From a plasmid, in the sequence record NZ_CP084927.1: a DNA stretch of 27,292 nt, one strand, 5' to 3'. The notes under the pieces are model-generated. The model was not told where the DNA came from. It did no database searches and saw nothing but the letters and a program-made list of their open reading frames with translations. Below are positions 7,868 to 17,121 of the stretch, in pieces (position 1 is the stretch's first letter; each line of letters begins with the position of its first letter). The position numbers and the translations under genes were made by a program.

Positions 7868-9076
7868 TTAGTCACTAGTATCTTTATTAATCTTCTCAAG
7901 TAGTTCATCTATCTCTTTACTTCTTTGTATTCCTTTCTCTGTCAGGATATTTTTTTGAGCAGTATCATCCTTAGCCCAATCAGGTAATTTTTCTTTCTGT
8001 TTGAGCTTACTCTTATCTCTTTTGGCATATTTACCCTTATTCTTTTCAAAGTCGTCTAGAGCCTTTATTAGATACTTATCTAGTTCATTTGGCTTGGAGT
8101 TCATATGATCCTTAACGTACTTCAAATGTTTTTGTAGGTCATCTAATGAGTGTTTATTTACGAATACATCATACTTAGGATATACATTTTCCCCTAAGCT
8201 CATCATCAGCGATTCATTATTTGCATCTGCGAAATTTACTATCATTGCTCCAAGTAATAACGCTGTATATGGCGAATTTTGGACGTCTGATAGCGATAAT
8301 TTCTTCTCAGCTGTAAGTTCCCCTATTAGCTTTTCTGTTGAATTATTGGATATATGGAACTGAATCTTTGCTATCTTTCTGCCGACCCTAATAGTATCGT
8401 ATGTAATGTTAAATTCAGTATGCTCGTTAATTTCTTTTATTGCTGGTTCAATTACTCGCTTTTTTAAGTCTGAGAAACGATCATAGCTCTTTTTACCTTG
8501 TACTGTCAGTGCTTTTAACTCAGAAACGTCAATAACTGGATTTAAAAAACTCTCTAGCTCTTCTTTAGTTCTTTTCCCATTAGCTATATAGTTAGTATAT
8601 TGGTTATAGTACATCATCAATACCTTGTATATAGTGATTGTATTAGATGACGTAAAGTGCCTTAAATCTTCAATTCTGTACTGTGTAAAGTTCTTCTTCA
8701 ACTCCGTTATATACGGCATTATTTTATTAGAAAATGATAATTTAACCGTTGATTCATCTTCACTGAACTCAATTTTTGAAAATGGTGCAAAGATTTCTGT
8801 CTTTTTCTTTCCGTTCTCTTTAGTGTACTTTACTGTAAATGTACTTTTATCCATTAAGTTTGTCATAATTGTCTGTAGATAATCGTGTCGTAAAGCATTA
8901 GTTCTCGGCAAAAATGTCCTAATCAAGTCTTTTTCAAGCTCGACTTCTGGATCTTTTTCTTTTGTGTCTACATTAGCTACTGCCAGTTCAAACAGTTTTA
9001 AAGGTAGTGCATCCATTTTAGCAATAGCCTTAATTAAAGTATTACTTTGGACGACTTTTTTATTTTGTAAGTCCAT
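7868..9076 (-). CDS. repB: Theta-replication initiator, Rep_3 family (RepB-like, pCI305/pWV02-type).
   Basis: 402 aa with Rep_3-like architecture. Gene sits immediately downstream of the iteron array and A+T-rich region, the canonical lactococcal-type theta replicon arrangement. Confidence 0.85.
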   Translation of the reverse strand: MDLQNKKVVQSNTLIKAIAKMDALPLKLFELAVANVDTKEKDPEVELEKDLIRTFLPRTNALRHDYLQTIMTNLMDKSTFTVKYTKENGKKKTEIFAPFSKIEFSEDESTVKLSFSNKIMPYITELKKNFTQYRIEDLRHFTSSNTITIYKVLMMYYNQYTNYIANGKRTKEELESFLNPVIDVSELKALTVQGKKSYDRFSDLKKRVIEPAIKEINEHTEFNITYDTIRVGRKIAKIQFHISNNSTEKLIGELTAEKKLSLSDVQNSPYTALLLGAMIVNFADANNESLMMSLGENVYPKYDVFVNKHSLDDLQKHLKYVKDHMNSKPNELDKYLIKALDDFEKNKGKYAKRDKSKLKQKEKLPDWAKDDTAQKNILTEKGIQRSKEIDELLEKINKDTSD

Positions 9077-9162
9077 CTATGTTTCCATCCTTTTTATTAA
9101 AAACGACAATTTTTGTCTGCAATTAAGTCTTATTTATTCTTAAAATAGACAACTAAAATAAT

Positions 9163-9391
9163 TTGTCTGTAGTTTGCAAAAGTTGTCTGTAGTTTATGTA
9201 TTATTGTTATATACGCTAATTTATCTTACATTCAATATAATACCACACAATACTACAGACATATATAACTAATTTGTCTGTAGTTTGCAAAAGTTGTCTG
9301 TAGTAACTGCAAAAGTTGTCTGTAGTAACTGCAAAAGTTGTCTGTAGTAACTGCAAAAGTTGTCTGTAGTAACTGCAAAAGTTGTCTGTAG
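9163..9391. repeat. Replication origin iterons. The 22-bp repeat ttgtctgtagtaactgcaaaag occurs ~5.5 times in tandem, plus two degenerate pairs further 3' (toward repB).
   Basis: Perfect tandem 22-mers at 9283-9391 and degenerate copies at 9163-9206 and 9264-9300. An A+T-rich stretch with (aaagata)n lies at 9430-9500. Confidence 0.85.
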
Positions 9392-9765
9392 TTCAGTCCT
9401 AAAAACCTTGATTTAATAAGCTTTTTTTTCGCCTAAAAGAAAAAGATAAAAAGATATAAAAGAAAAAGATAAAGAATAGACAAAAATACAGACAATATTT
9501 ACATACATAATGGCTAGTACTCAGATGCACTACTAGCCATTAAATATAGTTTCAGCTAGCTATTTCAAATAAACTCGTTATTAAATACAGTTTTAACTCG
9601 TTGTTTAATAAATCAATATATTGTAATATCAGTACTTTTAATAAATGCAGGTACAATATTTATTTAGACTTTTTATTTACTAGTTTCTTTAGAAAAAGGA
9701 CTATTATAATATTGGTTGACACGATATAATTTACTCGAAATATACTTTGAAAGCACGTGATTATT

Positions 9766-9942
9766 ATGAGTTTAGAAGATATTTATTATTTAGTTGGATA
9801 TATTATTTGTGATGCCTTTTTAATGTGGTACTTACCGTCAGATACAATCGTTGAAGTTATAATAGATATTATCATTGCAACAGTCTGTATGGTTGGAGTG
9901 TATACTATCATACGATTTATGTATAATCGGCAAAATAAATAA
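9766..9942 (+). CDS. 58-aa two-transmembrane small hydrophobic protein, function unknown.
   Basis: ORF with a basic tail (RFMYNRQNK). No SD. The GTG at 9757 is the alternative start. Weak. Confidence 0.2.
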   Translation: MSLEDIYYLVGYIICDAFLMWYLPSDTIVEVIIDIIIATVCMVGVYTIIRFMYNRQNK

Positions 9943-10141
9943 TGTTAATTTTAGAGAATGCTTTAGTCATAAAAATATACAAAATAACAATAAAATGTTA
10001 TTATATAAGTGTAGAAAGTTACGAAATTGGTAGACATAAGTGCTACCCGGTTGGCAGGCAACGGAAAAACCTGTGATTTTATGATAATCATCTTAGATTA
10101 TCCGGTTGGCAAGCAACGGAAAAACTTGTGAGCGTAACTAA

Positions 10142-10176
10142 AAAGCGTTGGTAAGACATACCAGCGCTTTTTTTAT
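10142..10176. terminator. Bidirectional intrinsic terminator.
   Basis: aaaaagcgttggtaagacataccagcgcttttttt: a hairpin with A- and T-runs on either side. Confidence 0.5.
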
Positions 10177-10412
10177 TTTAATTTTTCAATTTTCTTTGTA
10201 ATTAAGTTTTGTCGTTTAATTTCTAAAACGTTATAAGCTGTAATATGTATTTTCTCCTGTCTCAAAGCCAGTAACGATATTGGAATACTAAATGATTTAA
10301 GACCCTTACAAGCAATAGCTAAAATAGCCTTGTTAGACCTAATTAGACTATCATAACTCAGATGTCTAAATTTACCAGATTCTGATACTCTGGCCATATC
10401 ACCTATAAGCAT
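10173..10412 (-). CDS. Hypothetical 79-aa ORF adjacent to the IS right end. Possibly the C-terminal part of a gene split by the IS insertion.
   Basis: It begins just outside the predicted IS end and stops at the terminator. Paired with fragment 12669-12908 on the other side of the IS. Confidence 0.3.
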   Translation of the reverse strand: MLIGDMARVSESGKFRHLSYDSLIRSNKAILAIACKGLKSFSIPISLLALRQEKIHITAYNVLEIKRQNLITKKIEKLK

Positions 10413-10711
10413 CTCTAGATTTTCAATGACAGATAACTTTAACCTTGAAAATCCATTTTTATCGTAATTTAAATTATTTATTTGAACTACCTGTGATTAA
10501 AATCACAGGAATCACGTCACGTGATTACATTACGTATACTATACTCATAGTACACGCTCCGAACCTAGTTATAATGACTGGAAATACCACCATTATACTA
10601 AAGATAATCTTCACTAATTATCGTACCTGTTTTGACTCGCTCAAGGTATTACGCATAATTTCGTGCTATTAGTTCGGTAGGATTTGTTCCGTTTCCTAAA
10701 AACTTCGTTTT

Positions 10712-12109
10712 TTAAATTATTTCAACTAAGTTATTTGCTTTTAATTTAGGATAATCTCTTAGTTTTGCATGTTTTTCTGGGTATAAACCCCATTCTTTGA
10801 TATTTAAAGCTGCATTATAATCTCTATCTACCTCTTTACCAGTATATGCTGAAACATATATACGTTTACCATCTTCATTAACTTCTTTTAACTCGTGTTT
10901 TGACTCGTATTTAGTCCCATATTCTACTTGGCTCGTTTTATATGGATCCACTTTAATAAGAGTTTTATTTTGCTTGTTTACTAACGACTCTATAATTTTT
11001 GATAATTCATAAGGTTTGATTAAAGCTAATCGCTTATTCTTACCTGTATTCTGTGTTTTATTCATTGACAAATTACGTTTTCTCATCTCAAAAGCATCTA
11101 TTTTTTCGATGATGATAGTATCGTAGTCATCGACTAATTCGTGTACTAATCCTCTATATGTTTCAGTTAGGATATTAGCTTTTTTAGCACTTAGCTTTGC
11201 TTGTTTACGATGATACCTTCTCCATAAATCTGTTTTACCATGTTTATTGTATTCATTATCTCTTAGTGACTTTATTTTATCTTTTTTAAATTCTATTTTA
11301 CCTACTTTTTCTATTACTTTTTTAGGAATAGCTATTACTTTGTTTTCAGAAGTCCTAAATACTTCATTTTTAAACATGTTCCAATCTGCACCAACAACTT
11401 TATTTTGAAAAATACGTTTCTTCTCACGAGTAAAAGTTATTTGTAGTCTAAATGTATTATCTGGTAATCTTTTAATCTTAGTTAAAGCTATCTCTTCAAA
11501 ATTAATATTCTTTAAATTCTCAAATACTATTATTTCTCCAAAATCGGCTACATTTAAATGGTGTGGCGAAACCAATTTTGTATTGCCATTAGGCAATTTT
11601 TGTGAAGTAATTGTCCTAAACGAGTTATTATTTCGTAGAAAGTTCATTGAACCCTTACGATACCATGAACGGTGTTTAGGATTTTTGTGCTTACCGTTTT
11701 TATCTTTAGTAATATTCATTCTAAGATTATATTTTTCAACATCTGACATTCGCCCTGCTTGTTCCAATCTCTTACGATACTGAGAAAAATTAGTGAAGAT
11801 TGTCTTTAAAAATTCATCTGCGGCATGAGAAGATAATCCTAGTTTCTTAGCATTCCAGCGTTTTAAGTCGTATTTTTCTTTAATAAACATTGCCTTAATT
11901 TTATTATTAAGGTAGTTTATTCCTTGTCCAAAAGGTAAAGGTCTACCAATATGTTTACGACCATAGGTCTTATATAAGTATTTCAATGTAAATTGATATA
12001 ACTCATTTTGTATTTTTATTGCTTTTTCATACAATTCTATTTGTTGATAACTTAAAGAAATATGATATTGTCTTGTATATCCAAATTTATTACTCTTCTT
12101 TTTAACCAT
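10712..12109 (-). CDS. tnpB: TnpB (IS605 OrfB-family RNA-guided nuclease).
   Basis: 465 aa with the C-terminal RuvC-III/Zn-finger region (…YTGKEVDRDYNAALNIKEWG…). Confidence 0.9.
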   Translation of the reverse strand: MVKKKSNKFGYTRQYHISLSYQQIELYEKAIKIQNELYQFTLKYLYKTYGRKHIGRPLPFGQGINYLNNKIKAMFIKEKYDLKRWNAKKLGLSSHAADEFLKTIFTNFSQYRKRLEQAGRMSDVEKYNLRMNITKDKNGKHKNPKHRSWYRKGSMNFLRNNNSFRTITSQKLPNGNTKLVSPHHLNVADFGEIIVFENLKNINFEEIALTKIKRLPDNTFRLQITFTREKKRIFQNKVVGADWNMFKNEVFRTSENKVIAIPKKVIEKVGKIEFKKDKIKSLRDNEYNKHGKTDLWRRYHRKQAKLSAKKANILTETYRGLVHELVDDYDTIIIEKIDAFEMRKRNLSMNKTQNTGKNKRLALIKPYELSKIIESLVNKQNKTLIKVDPYKTSQVEYGTKYESKHELKEVNEDGKRIYVSAYTGKEVDRDYNAALNIKEWGLYPEKHAKLRDYPKLKANNLVEII

Positions 12110-12174
12110 TCATGTAACCTCCTTTCGAGAAATATATGTTATAATTATTATAATATTAAAAGGGTGGTATGTAA

Positions 12175-12615
12175 ATGATTATACATGAAGAGGGATACGT
12201 TTATAACTTCAATTTTCACTTAGTTTTCGTTACTAAATACCGAAGAAAAATATTTGACACTCAAGAGAAAGTGAACACTATGAAAGCTATTTTACAACGA
12301 CAAGCAACTATTTCAGAAGTAACTGTTAGTCAGTTAGAGGTTATGCCAGACCATGTACATATGTTAATTTCTTTTAAGCCTAAATATGCTCCATCTAATA
12401 TTGTTAAAAATCTTAAAGGAGCGTCAGCTAGAATATGGTTTAAACAATATCCTGAAACTAAACAATTATTATGGGGTGGACACCTATGGTCTCCTAGCTA
12501 TTACATGGGTACTCTAGGGGATATGAGTAAAGAAGTCGTAGAAAAATATATTGAATCTCAATATACAGAAGCTATGAGAAGACAGCTTAAAGGCTACTAT
12601 GGTAAAAATAGATAA
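12175..12615 (+). CDS. tnpA: IS200-like Y1 (HUH) transposase TnpA.
   Basis: 146 aa. HUH motif PDHVHMLISF and the conserved Y-containing C-terminus. Typical size. Confidence 0.9.
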   Translation: MIIHEEGYVYNFNFHLVFVTKYRRKIFDTQEKVNTMKAILQRQATISEVTVSQLEVMPDHVHMLISFKPKYAPSNIVKNLKGASARIWFKQYPETKQLLWGGHLWSPSYYMGTLGDMSKEVVEKYIESQYTEAMRRQLKGYYGKNR

Positions 12616-12668
12616 GTTAGTTTAGCGGGCTTGACCCCTGATTGAAATCAGAGGTTTGCGCCCGTTTT

Positions 12669-12908
12669 CTAATCAATTCTATTGTCTGCTAGATCTTCAT
12701 AAAATTTCTTAGGACCCCTGTAATACGAAAGGCCTGTTAGATGTTGGAAATTAGCTTTACTAAACCTGACAACCAATGTTTTATCTTCATTTCCTACTCT
12801 ATACAAATAAGTATACTCATAGTTCTTGAAATAATTATCGTACAATTCAAAGCCTTTTTTTAACTTATCAAAATCAATTTTACTTATTGCCATATATTTA
12901 CCTTCCAA
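12669..12908 (-). CDS. Hypothetical 79-aa ORF ending exactly at the IS left end. Possibly the N-terminal part of the IS-disrupted gene.
   Basis: Its stop codon falls at the predicted IS boundary. It overlaps the start of the upstream gene by 11 nt. Confidence 0.3.
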   Translation of the reverse strand: MEGKYMAISKIDFDKLKKGFELYDNYFKNYEYTYLYRVGNEDKTLVVRFSKANFQHLTGLSYYRGPKKFYEDLADNRID

Positions 12909-13395
12909 ATAATCTCGACCAGAAGCCCTTATTTTTCTCTTCTAAGAGTTTTTTCTCTAGTTCCTGTATCTTTGTATCTTTCTCATTTAGAACGTCTGTA
13001 TTCGCTTCTATGAGCTTTGTGTTAGTTGCTTCAAGCTCTAAACGCTTAGATTGTTCCGTTCTAGCTAATTGCTGCTCTTGTGACAGCAGCCTATGTAACT
13101 CGGAGACCTCATCTTCTTTTGAATCAAGTCTTTTTTGTAAATCTTGTACTTGGGCCTTTAATGTCGTTATATACTCATCTTTACTGATAGAGTCGTCGGA
13201 TGAAGTTTGATTAACTTCTCTCTCTTTCTTTTCTTCTGCAAAAAACGTCAGCATTTCATGAGCATCATCTTCTGAGAAATAATCAGTGCGACCTACTCTT
13301 TTTGTTGGCTCAACATTATGAGCTTTTATGTATCTAAAAACCTTTTGTGGTGAAACTTGTGCTTCTTCTGCAATTTTCTTTCTAGTATATTCCAT
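12898..13395 (-). CDS. HTH plus coiled-coil plasmid protein (DNA-binding N-terminus, long charged C-terminal coiled coil).
   Basis: The N-terminus (KKIAEEAQVSPQKVFRYIKAHNVEP) resembles an excisionase/MerR-like HTH. The C-terminus is heptad-rich in K/E/L/Q. It is preceded by an array of TTATATAAC-like repeats at 13396-13640. Confidence 0.5.
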   Translation of the reverse strand: MEYTRKKIAEEAQVSPQKVFRYIKAHNVEPTKRVGRTDYFSEDDAHEMLTFFAEEKKEREVNQTSSDDSISKDEYITTLKAQVQDLQKRLDSKEDEVSELHRLLSQEQQLARTEQSKRLELEATNTKLIEANTDVLNEKDTKIQELEKKLLEEKNKGFWSRLFGR

Positions 13396-13641
13396 AATAT
13401 TACCCCTGTTAGATTTATATTACCTATATATCAATGCATACATATAACATTATTATAACGAGTTATTTTCATTATATAACGAATGAAATATATAAGCATA
13501 ATATTTCAACTTATTTTATCGTTATACCGAGTTATATCAAATGTAATAAGATGTGAAATGTTTTAATGTATAAATTGCTGATATTAAGCATAATACATTA
13601 TATAACATATTGTAACTGTGTTATTTTGTGATATAACATTG

Positions 13642-13971
13642 TTACTTACTAGATAGGGGAGTTAAGTAGCCGCCCTTCTCCAATTCCGATAGGGCATTTT
13701 TTATAAGCTCCTTATCATCAAGTTTGCTGTTGTTAATAGCGTAGAGTATATCTGGATCAAATTTGTTGCTAGTAGCTCCAGATTGATTAAATCTAACTAA
13801 ATCAAGCAATATCCCCTTAGATGTATAACTCAAATTACTATCTTTCATGGCTCTATCTATCAATTCAGGCATGATTCCTTGATTTGAAAATAGGGGGCTT
13901 GCTGTTAATTGATTATCTTCCATTAATTTATCAAGTTTTGTCATTCTATCACTCCTTTTACTGTTCTTCAC
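13642..13971 (-). CDS. Hypothetical 109-aa protein overlapping the resolvase stop.
   Basis: 14-nt overlap with the upstream resolvase suggests co-transcription. No family recognised. Confidence 0.4.
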   Translation of the reverse strand: MKNSKRSDRMTKLDKLMEDNQLTASPLFSNQGIMPELIDRAMKDSNLSYTSKGILLDLVRFNQSGATSNKFDPDILYAINNSKLDDKELIKNALSELEKGGYLTPLSSK

Positions 13972-14527
13972 TTTCCACTTGCTTTACTATCCTTTGAATA
14001 GTGGATTTTGAAATTTCAAATGCCTTAGCAGTTTCTGTATATGAGTGGCCAGAAGTCTTATACTCATATATCATTCTATATTTCGGTGTTATAACCCGTT
14101 TAGGACGTCCTTCACGATAATTTTTATTATGCAATTTAGCGTATTTCTTGCCTTCCTGGGTTCTCGTAACAATCATATCACGCTCAAATTCTGCGAAGGC
14201 TAGGACTACATTGCGCATCAATTTACCACCGGCAGAATCATCTAAACGTCCCATATTAAGAACGTTGACTGTTATATCACGTTTGAAACATTCATCCAGG
14301 AATTTAGTTGTTTCGCTTGTTTTGCGTCCGAGACGATCTAACCTAGTTACAATTAATTCATCTCCTGGTAACAGTCGTTTCTTTAATTTTTGAAATTCAG
14401 GTCGTTTATTAGTTCGACCAGTAAATTTTTCATAGTAGATTTTTTCAGCACCTGCACGCCTCAATTTTTCGATTTGTTCATCAAGACTTTGTTGAGGAGT
14501 TGAAACTCGAGCATAACCAAAAATCAT
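13958..14527 (-). CDS. res: Serine recombinase (resolvase/invertase family).
   Basis: 189 aa. Catalytic-Ser N-terminus (GYARVSTPQQSLDEQ) and C-terminal HTH, the architecture of small serine resolvases. Confidence 0.9.
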   Translation of the reverse strand: MIFGYARVSTPQQSLDEQIEKLRRAGAEKIYYEKFTGRTNKRPEFQKLKKRLLPGDELIVTRLDRLGRKTSETTKFLDECFKRDITVNVLNMGRLDDSAGGKLMRNVVLAFAEFERDMIVTRTQEGKKYAKLHNKNYREGRPKRVITPKYRMIYEYKTSGHSYTETAKAFEISKSTIQRIVKQVESEEQ

Positions 14528-14754
14528 AAATATTCTCCATTTCTTTTTGACTATAATTTTCTGAATATATTACAAATGTTATTATATCACTATATTGGGT
14601 GTATTCAATCTGTTGACAGTTTTTGAACAAGGAGAGAGTAAAAAGTGAAATGCTTTAATCGAATTAAAATTATATTAATTTTAACTTAGAAAACAGTTGC
14701 ATAAAATATAATTTTAAGCTAGAATTACTTTATCAAGTTAAAGGATTGATTGTA

Positions 14755-14880
14755 ATGGAAAAAGTAGTAGTAAAAGATAAAAATGTTGTTAAAGAAGATG
14801 TTGTAAAGGATATCTGGAATCTTTTTGAAGAAGAGTATAAAGAACGTACTCACAATTTCATTAATAAGAAAGATGCATAA
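14755..14880 (+). CDS. 41-aa candidate precursor peptide MEKVVVKDKNVVKEDVVKDIWNLFEEEYKERTHNFINKKDA.
   Basis: Not in the ORF track because it is under 60 aa. SD aagga 10 nt upstream. It is followed immediately by an attenuator-type hairpin and then the modification-enzyme operon. Reiterated VVK(E)D motif. It has one Thr and no Cys or Ser. Confidence 0.45.
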   Translation: MEKVVVKDKNVVKEDVVKDIWNLFEEEYKERTHNFINKKDA

Positions 14881-14891
14881 TTATTGTATAA

Positions 14892-14921
14892 GAAGTACTG
14901 ATAATTAGTACTTCTTTTTTA
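14892..14921 (+). terminator. Intrinsic terminator/attenuator between the precursor ORF and the biosynthetic genes.
   Basis: gaagtact-gataatt-agtacttc followed by tttttt. Confidence 0.7.
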
Positions 14922-14951
14922 ATATTATATGCGTATAGGGGGGATCTTTTT

Positions 14952-16016
14952 TTGGAAAAACCTTTTTTATTGGATCTGACATCAACTGAAGAAAATTTAA
15001 AAAATGATATAAAGGACATTGACTATAGAAAAAATAGAGTCAATATATTAGGAATTAATTCGTTAAATAAATATAGATTAAATAAGAAGATATTGATTTT
15101 TACAAGAATTGATGATCCTGAAATTGACTATTTGGGTAAGTTTCTTTTAGAAGCTGGAATTGACTATTTAAGAATAAACGCGGAAAGTATATTCACGGAA
15201 TTCTCGTATTCTATTGAAGTTAATGACAAATTAACAGGAAAAATAAATTGTAATAGCACATGCTGGAACATAGAAGATATAGATGCGGTATGGTTTAGAC
15301 ATTTCTCATTAGATACTATACCTAAATCAAATAGTAATGTTGATAATATGTATGTAAGAGAACAATGGGGGATATTTTTTGCATTATTAAGCAATTTAGA
15401 TATCAGAATAATTTCAGGATTTGAAGCTGAGAAACAGTTTATTAAGCCGTTACAAATAAAATTAGCAAAAGATGTAGGATTTGAAGTTCCTAATACTCTT
15501 ATTACTAATAATAAAGATGAAGTAAAGAAGTATTTTGGAGATATTTCTGTTTTTGCTAAAGTTTTGATGCATCATAATATAGAATATAAACCAAATGTTT
15601 TGAAGCATGTTTATGGCAGGATAATTAATACAGATGATTATCCAAAAGAAACATTTAAGATAGCACCAACTATTTTTCAAAATTTGATAGAGAATGGAAA
15701 AGAAATAAGAGTAACTTTTTTTGGAAAGTACATATTTGGAACAGAATATAAGAACGTAGAACATACTGATTGGCATGATCAAGGTATATATGGGTTCAAT
15801 ATGAAAGAATACATTATTCCATCTAAATTGAAGAAAAAGCTAGAAAGATTTATTGACAAATCTGGATTATATGTTGGAACAATTGATTTGATATTAGTAG
15901 ATAATAATTGCTATTTTTTAGAAGTAAATGTTAATGGCGATTGGAGATGGCTAGAGGTTCAAACTAAACAAAAAATATCGCAAAAGTGCATTGATTTCTT
16001 GAAGGAGGTTGTTTGA
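14952..16016 (+). CDS. ATP-grasp family peptide ligase (graspetide-ligase-like or RimK-like).
   Basis: 354 aa with TTG start and SD gggggg. The C-terminal IDLILVDNNCYFLEVNVNGDWRWLE is the ATP-grasp ExN Mg/ATP motif. Its size and N-terminus resemble microviridin-type ligases. It overlaps the next gene by 8 nt. Confidence 0.75.
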   Translation: MEKPFLLDLTSTEENLKNDIKDIDYRKNRVNILGINSLNKYRLNKKILIFTRIDDPEIDYLGKFLLEAGIDYLRINAESIFTEFSYSIEVNDKLTGKINCNSTCWNIEDIDAVWFRHFSLDTIPKSNSNVDNMYVREQWGIFFALLSNLDIRIISGFEAEKQFIKPLQIKLAKDVGFEVPNTLITNNKDEVKKYFGDISVFAKVLMHHNIEYKPNVLKHVYGRIINTDDYPKETFKIAPTIFQNLIENGKEIRVTFFGKYIFGTEYKNVEHTDWHDQGIYGFNMKEYIIPSKLKKKLERFIDKSGLYVGTIDLILVDNNCYFLEVNVNGDWRWLEVQTKQKISQKCIDFLKEVV

Positions 16017-17121
16017 AATAAAAAAGTTATCTATGAACCTTGATATGGTTATTTATAATCAGTCTGGAAATATTATTTTAGATTTATATAAAGAACATCG
16101 ACAGTTATCAATAAATACAAAATATTTACCGATATTGTTCTTCTTTTCAGAAGCAAATTATGAAGAAGAATTATATTATCAAGATTTTCCAGATTTTGAT
16201 AATATAACTTTAGAAAATATAGTTGCTGAGTTTATAACTAAGAAAGTTTTAGTATATGTTAATGAATCAGAAGAAAAAAATAATACTTTGGGTATTGATA
16301 CCTTGAATAAATCCATAAATTATTATTATTGGGCAAATAAAGTTTTCACTGAAGAAAAATATAACTCAACATATGATGAATTCATGACTTTAATGGATAA
16401 GAGGAAATCTCAACCTAATATATATAAAGAATATCCAGGAGAAAAATATGATCTTCCTTTCCCACAGGAAATTAAAGAAGATTTAATGACAACAATGCTA
16501 AAGAGAGAATCTATAAGATATGTGGATCCACAAAAAAAGATAAATCTGCAAGATTTATCAAATATACTATATTATTCTAATGGTGAAACAGCTTATGCGT
16601 TAGATAGTGGTATAGGGTCTGCTATATTTAAAACTTTAGCAACACCAGGCGGAAGAGCTGCTAGTGAGTTATATTTTGTAAATTTTTCTTTATCAGAAAT
16701 TCCATTAGGTATTTACCATTATTCGATAAAGTCTCATAATTTAGAATTAATAAAAAAAGGTAACTATAGAGATGATTTTTTTAACATTTGTGGAGGTCAA
16801 ATACAGTTAAATTTAGCAAATGGATTATTAGTTGCTACTGAGAGAATTGATAGAATTATATGGAAATATCAAGATGCTTCTGCATATAGATCTGCTTTGA
16901 TTGAAACTGGAGAGTTGGCACAGAATATATATTTAACTGCTACTGCTTTGAAAGTAGCGACAGGTATAATTGGAACTTTCAGAGATAATATGCTTGAAAG
17001 TTTGTTAGATATAGATCCTGCTTTAGAATTTGGAACAGCTATTTTTACATTAGGTAAAAAAGAAGGTTTAACACGTTTTAATCGGCCTACTTTGGAAGAA
17101 TATAGAGAAGGTGAAAAATGA
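16009..17121 (+). CDS. SagB-type (McbC-like) FMN-dependent dehydrogenase, nitroreductase fold, with a ~150-aa N-terminal extension.
   Basis: Matches to the SagB/ThcOx signatures: RESIRYV (RRSxRxF-like), ATPGGRAASELYFV (PSAGG..ELY), and GIYHYSIKSHNLELI (YxYdp..h.L). Nitroreductase-like C-terminus. Confidence 0.8.
   Translation: MFEIKKLSMNLDMVIYNQSGNIILDLYKEHRQLSINTKYLPILFFFSEANYEEELYYQDFPDFDNITLENIVAEFITKKVLVYVNESEEKNNTLGIDTLNKSINYYYWANKVFTEEKYNSTYDEFMTLMDKRKSQPNIYKEYPGEKYDLPFPQEIKEDLMTTMLKRESIRYVDPQKKINLQDLSNILYYSNGETAYALDSGIGSAIFKTLATPGGRAASELYFVNFSLSEIPLGIYHYSIKSHNLELIKKGNYRDDFFNICGGQIQLNLANGLLVATERIDRIIWKYQDASAYRSALIETGELAQNIYLTATALKVATGIIGTFRDNMLESLLDIDPALEFGTAIFTLGKKEGLTRFNRPTLEEYREGEK

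Larger units (their letters stand above)
10470..12680. mobile_element. IS200/IS605-family insertion sequence (tnpB and tnpA divergent). Boundaries are approximate.
   Basis: Subterminal hairpins at both ends: cctgtgattaaaatcacagg plus a tcacgtcacgtga palindrome at 10491-10540, and the nested hairpin gcgggc...ctgattgaaatcag...gcgccc at 12624-12668. Confidence 0.6.

Noticed and set aside
9283-9391. Tandem 22-bp repeats that superficially resemble a CRISPR array.
   Set aside because: The repeats abut each other with no spacers. They lie directly upstream of a Rep_3 initiator gene next to an AT-rich stretch. These are theta-replicon iterons.
10445-10672. 75-aa plus-strand ORF between the tnpB stop and the IS end.
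   Set aside because: It lies within the IS subterminal hairpin region. That region is expected to be non-coding and to be the source of the TnpB guide RNA.
15164-15782. Minus-strand ORFs 15164-15394 and 15462-15782 inside the ATP-grasp gene.
   Set aside because: They are antisense shadows in an AT-rich gene. They have no SD and a low-complexity sequence.
14952-17121. Canonical TOMM/LAP (azole) cluster interpretation of the SagB-type dehydrogenase.
   Set aside because: No YcaO cyclodehydratase or E1-like partner is encoded anywhere in the 27 kb. The candidate precursor has no Cys or Ser and a single Thr. The partner enzyme is instead an ATP-grasp.
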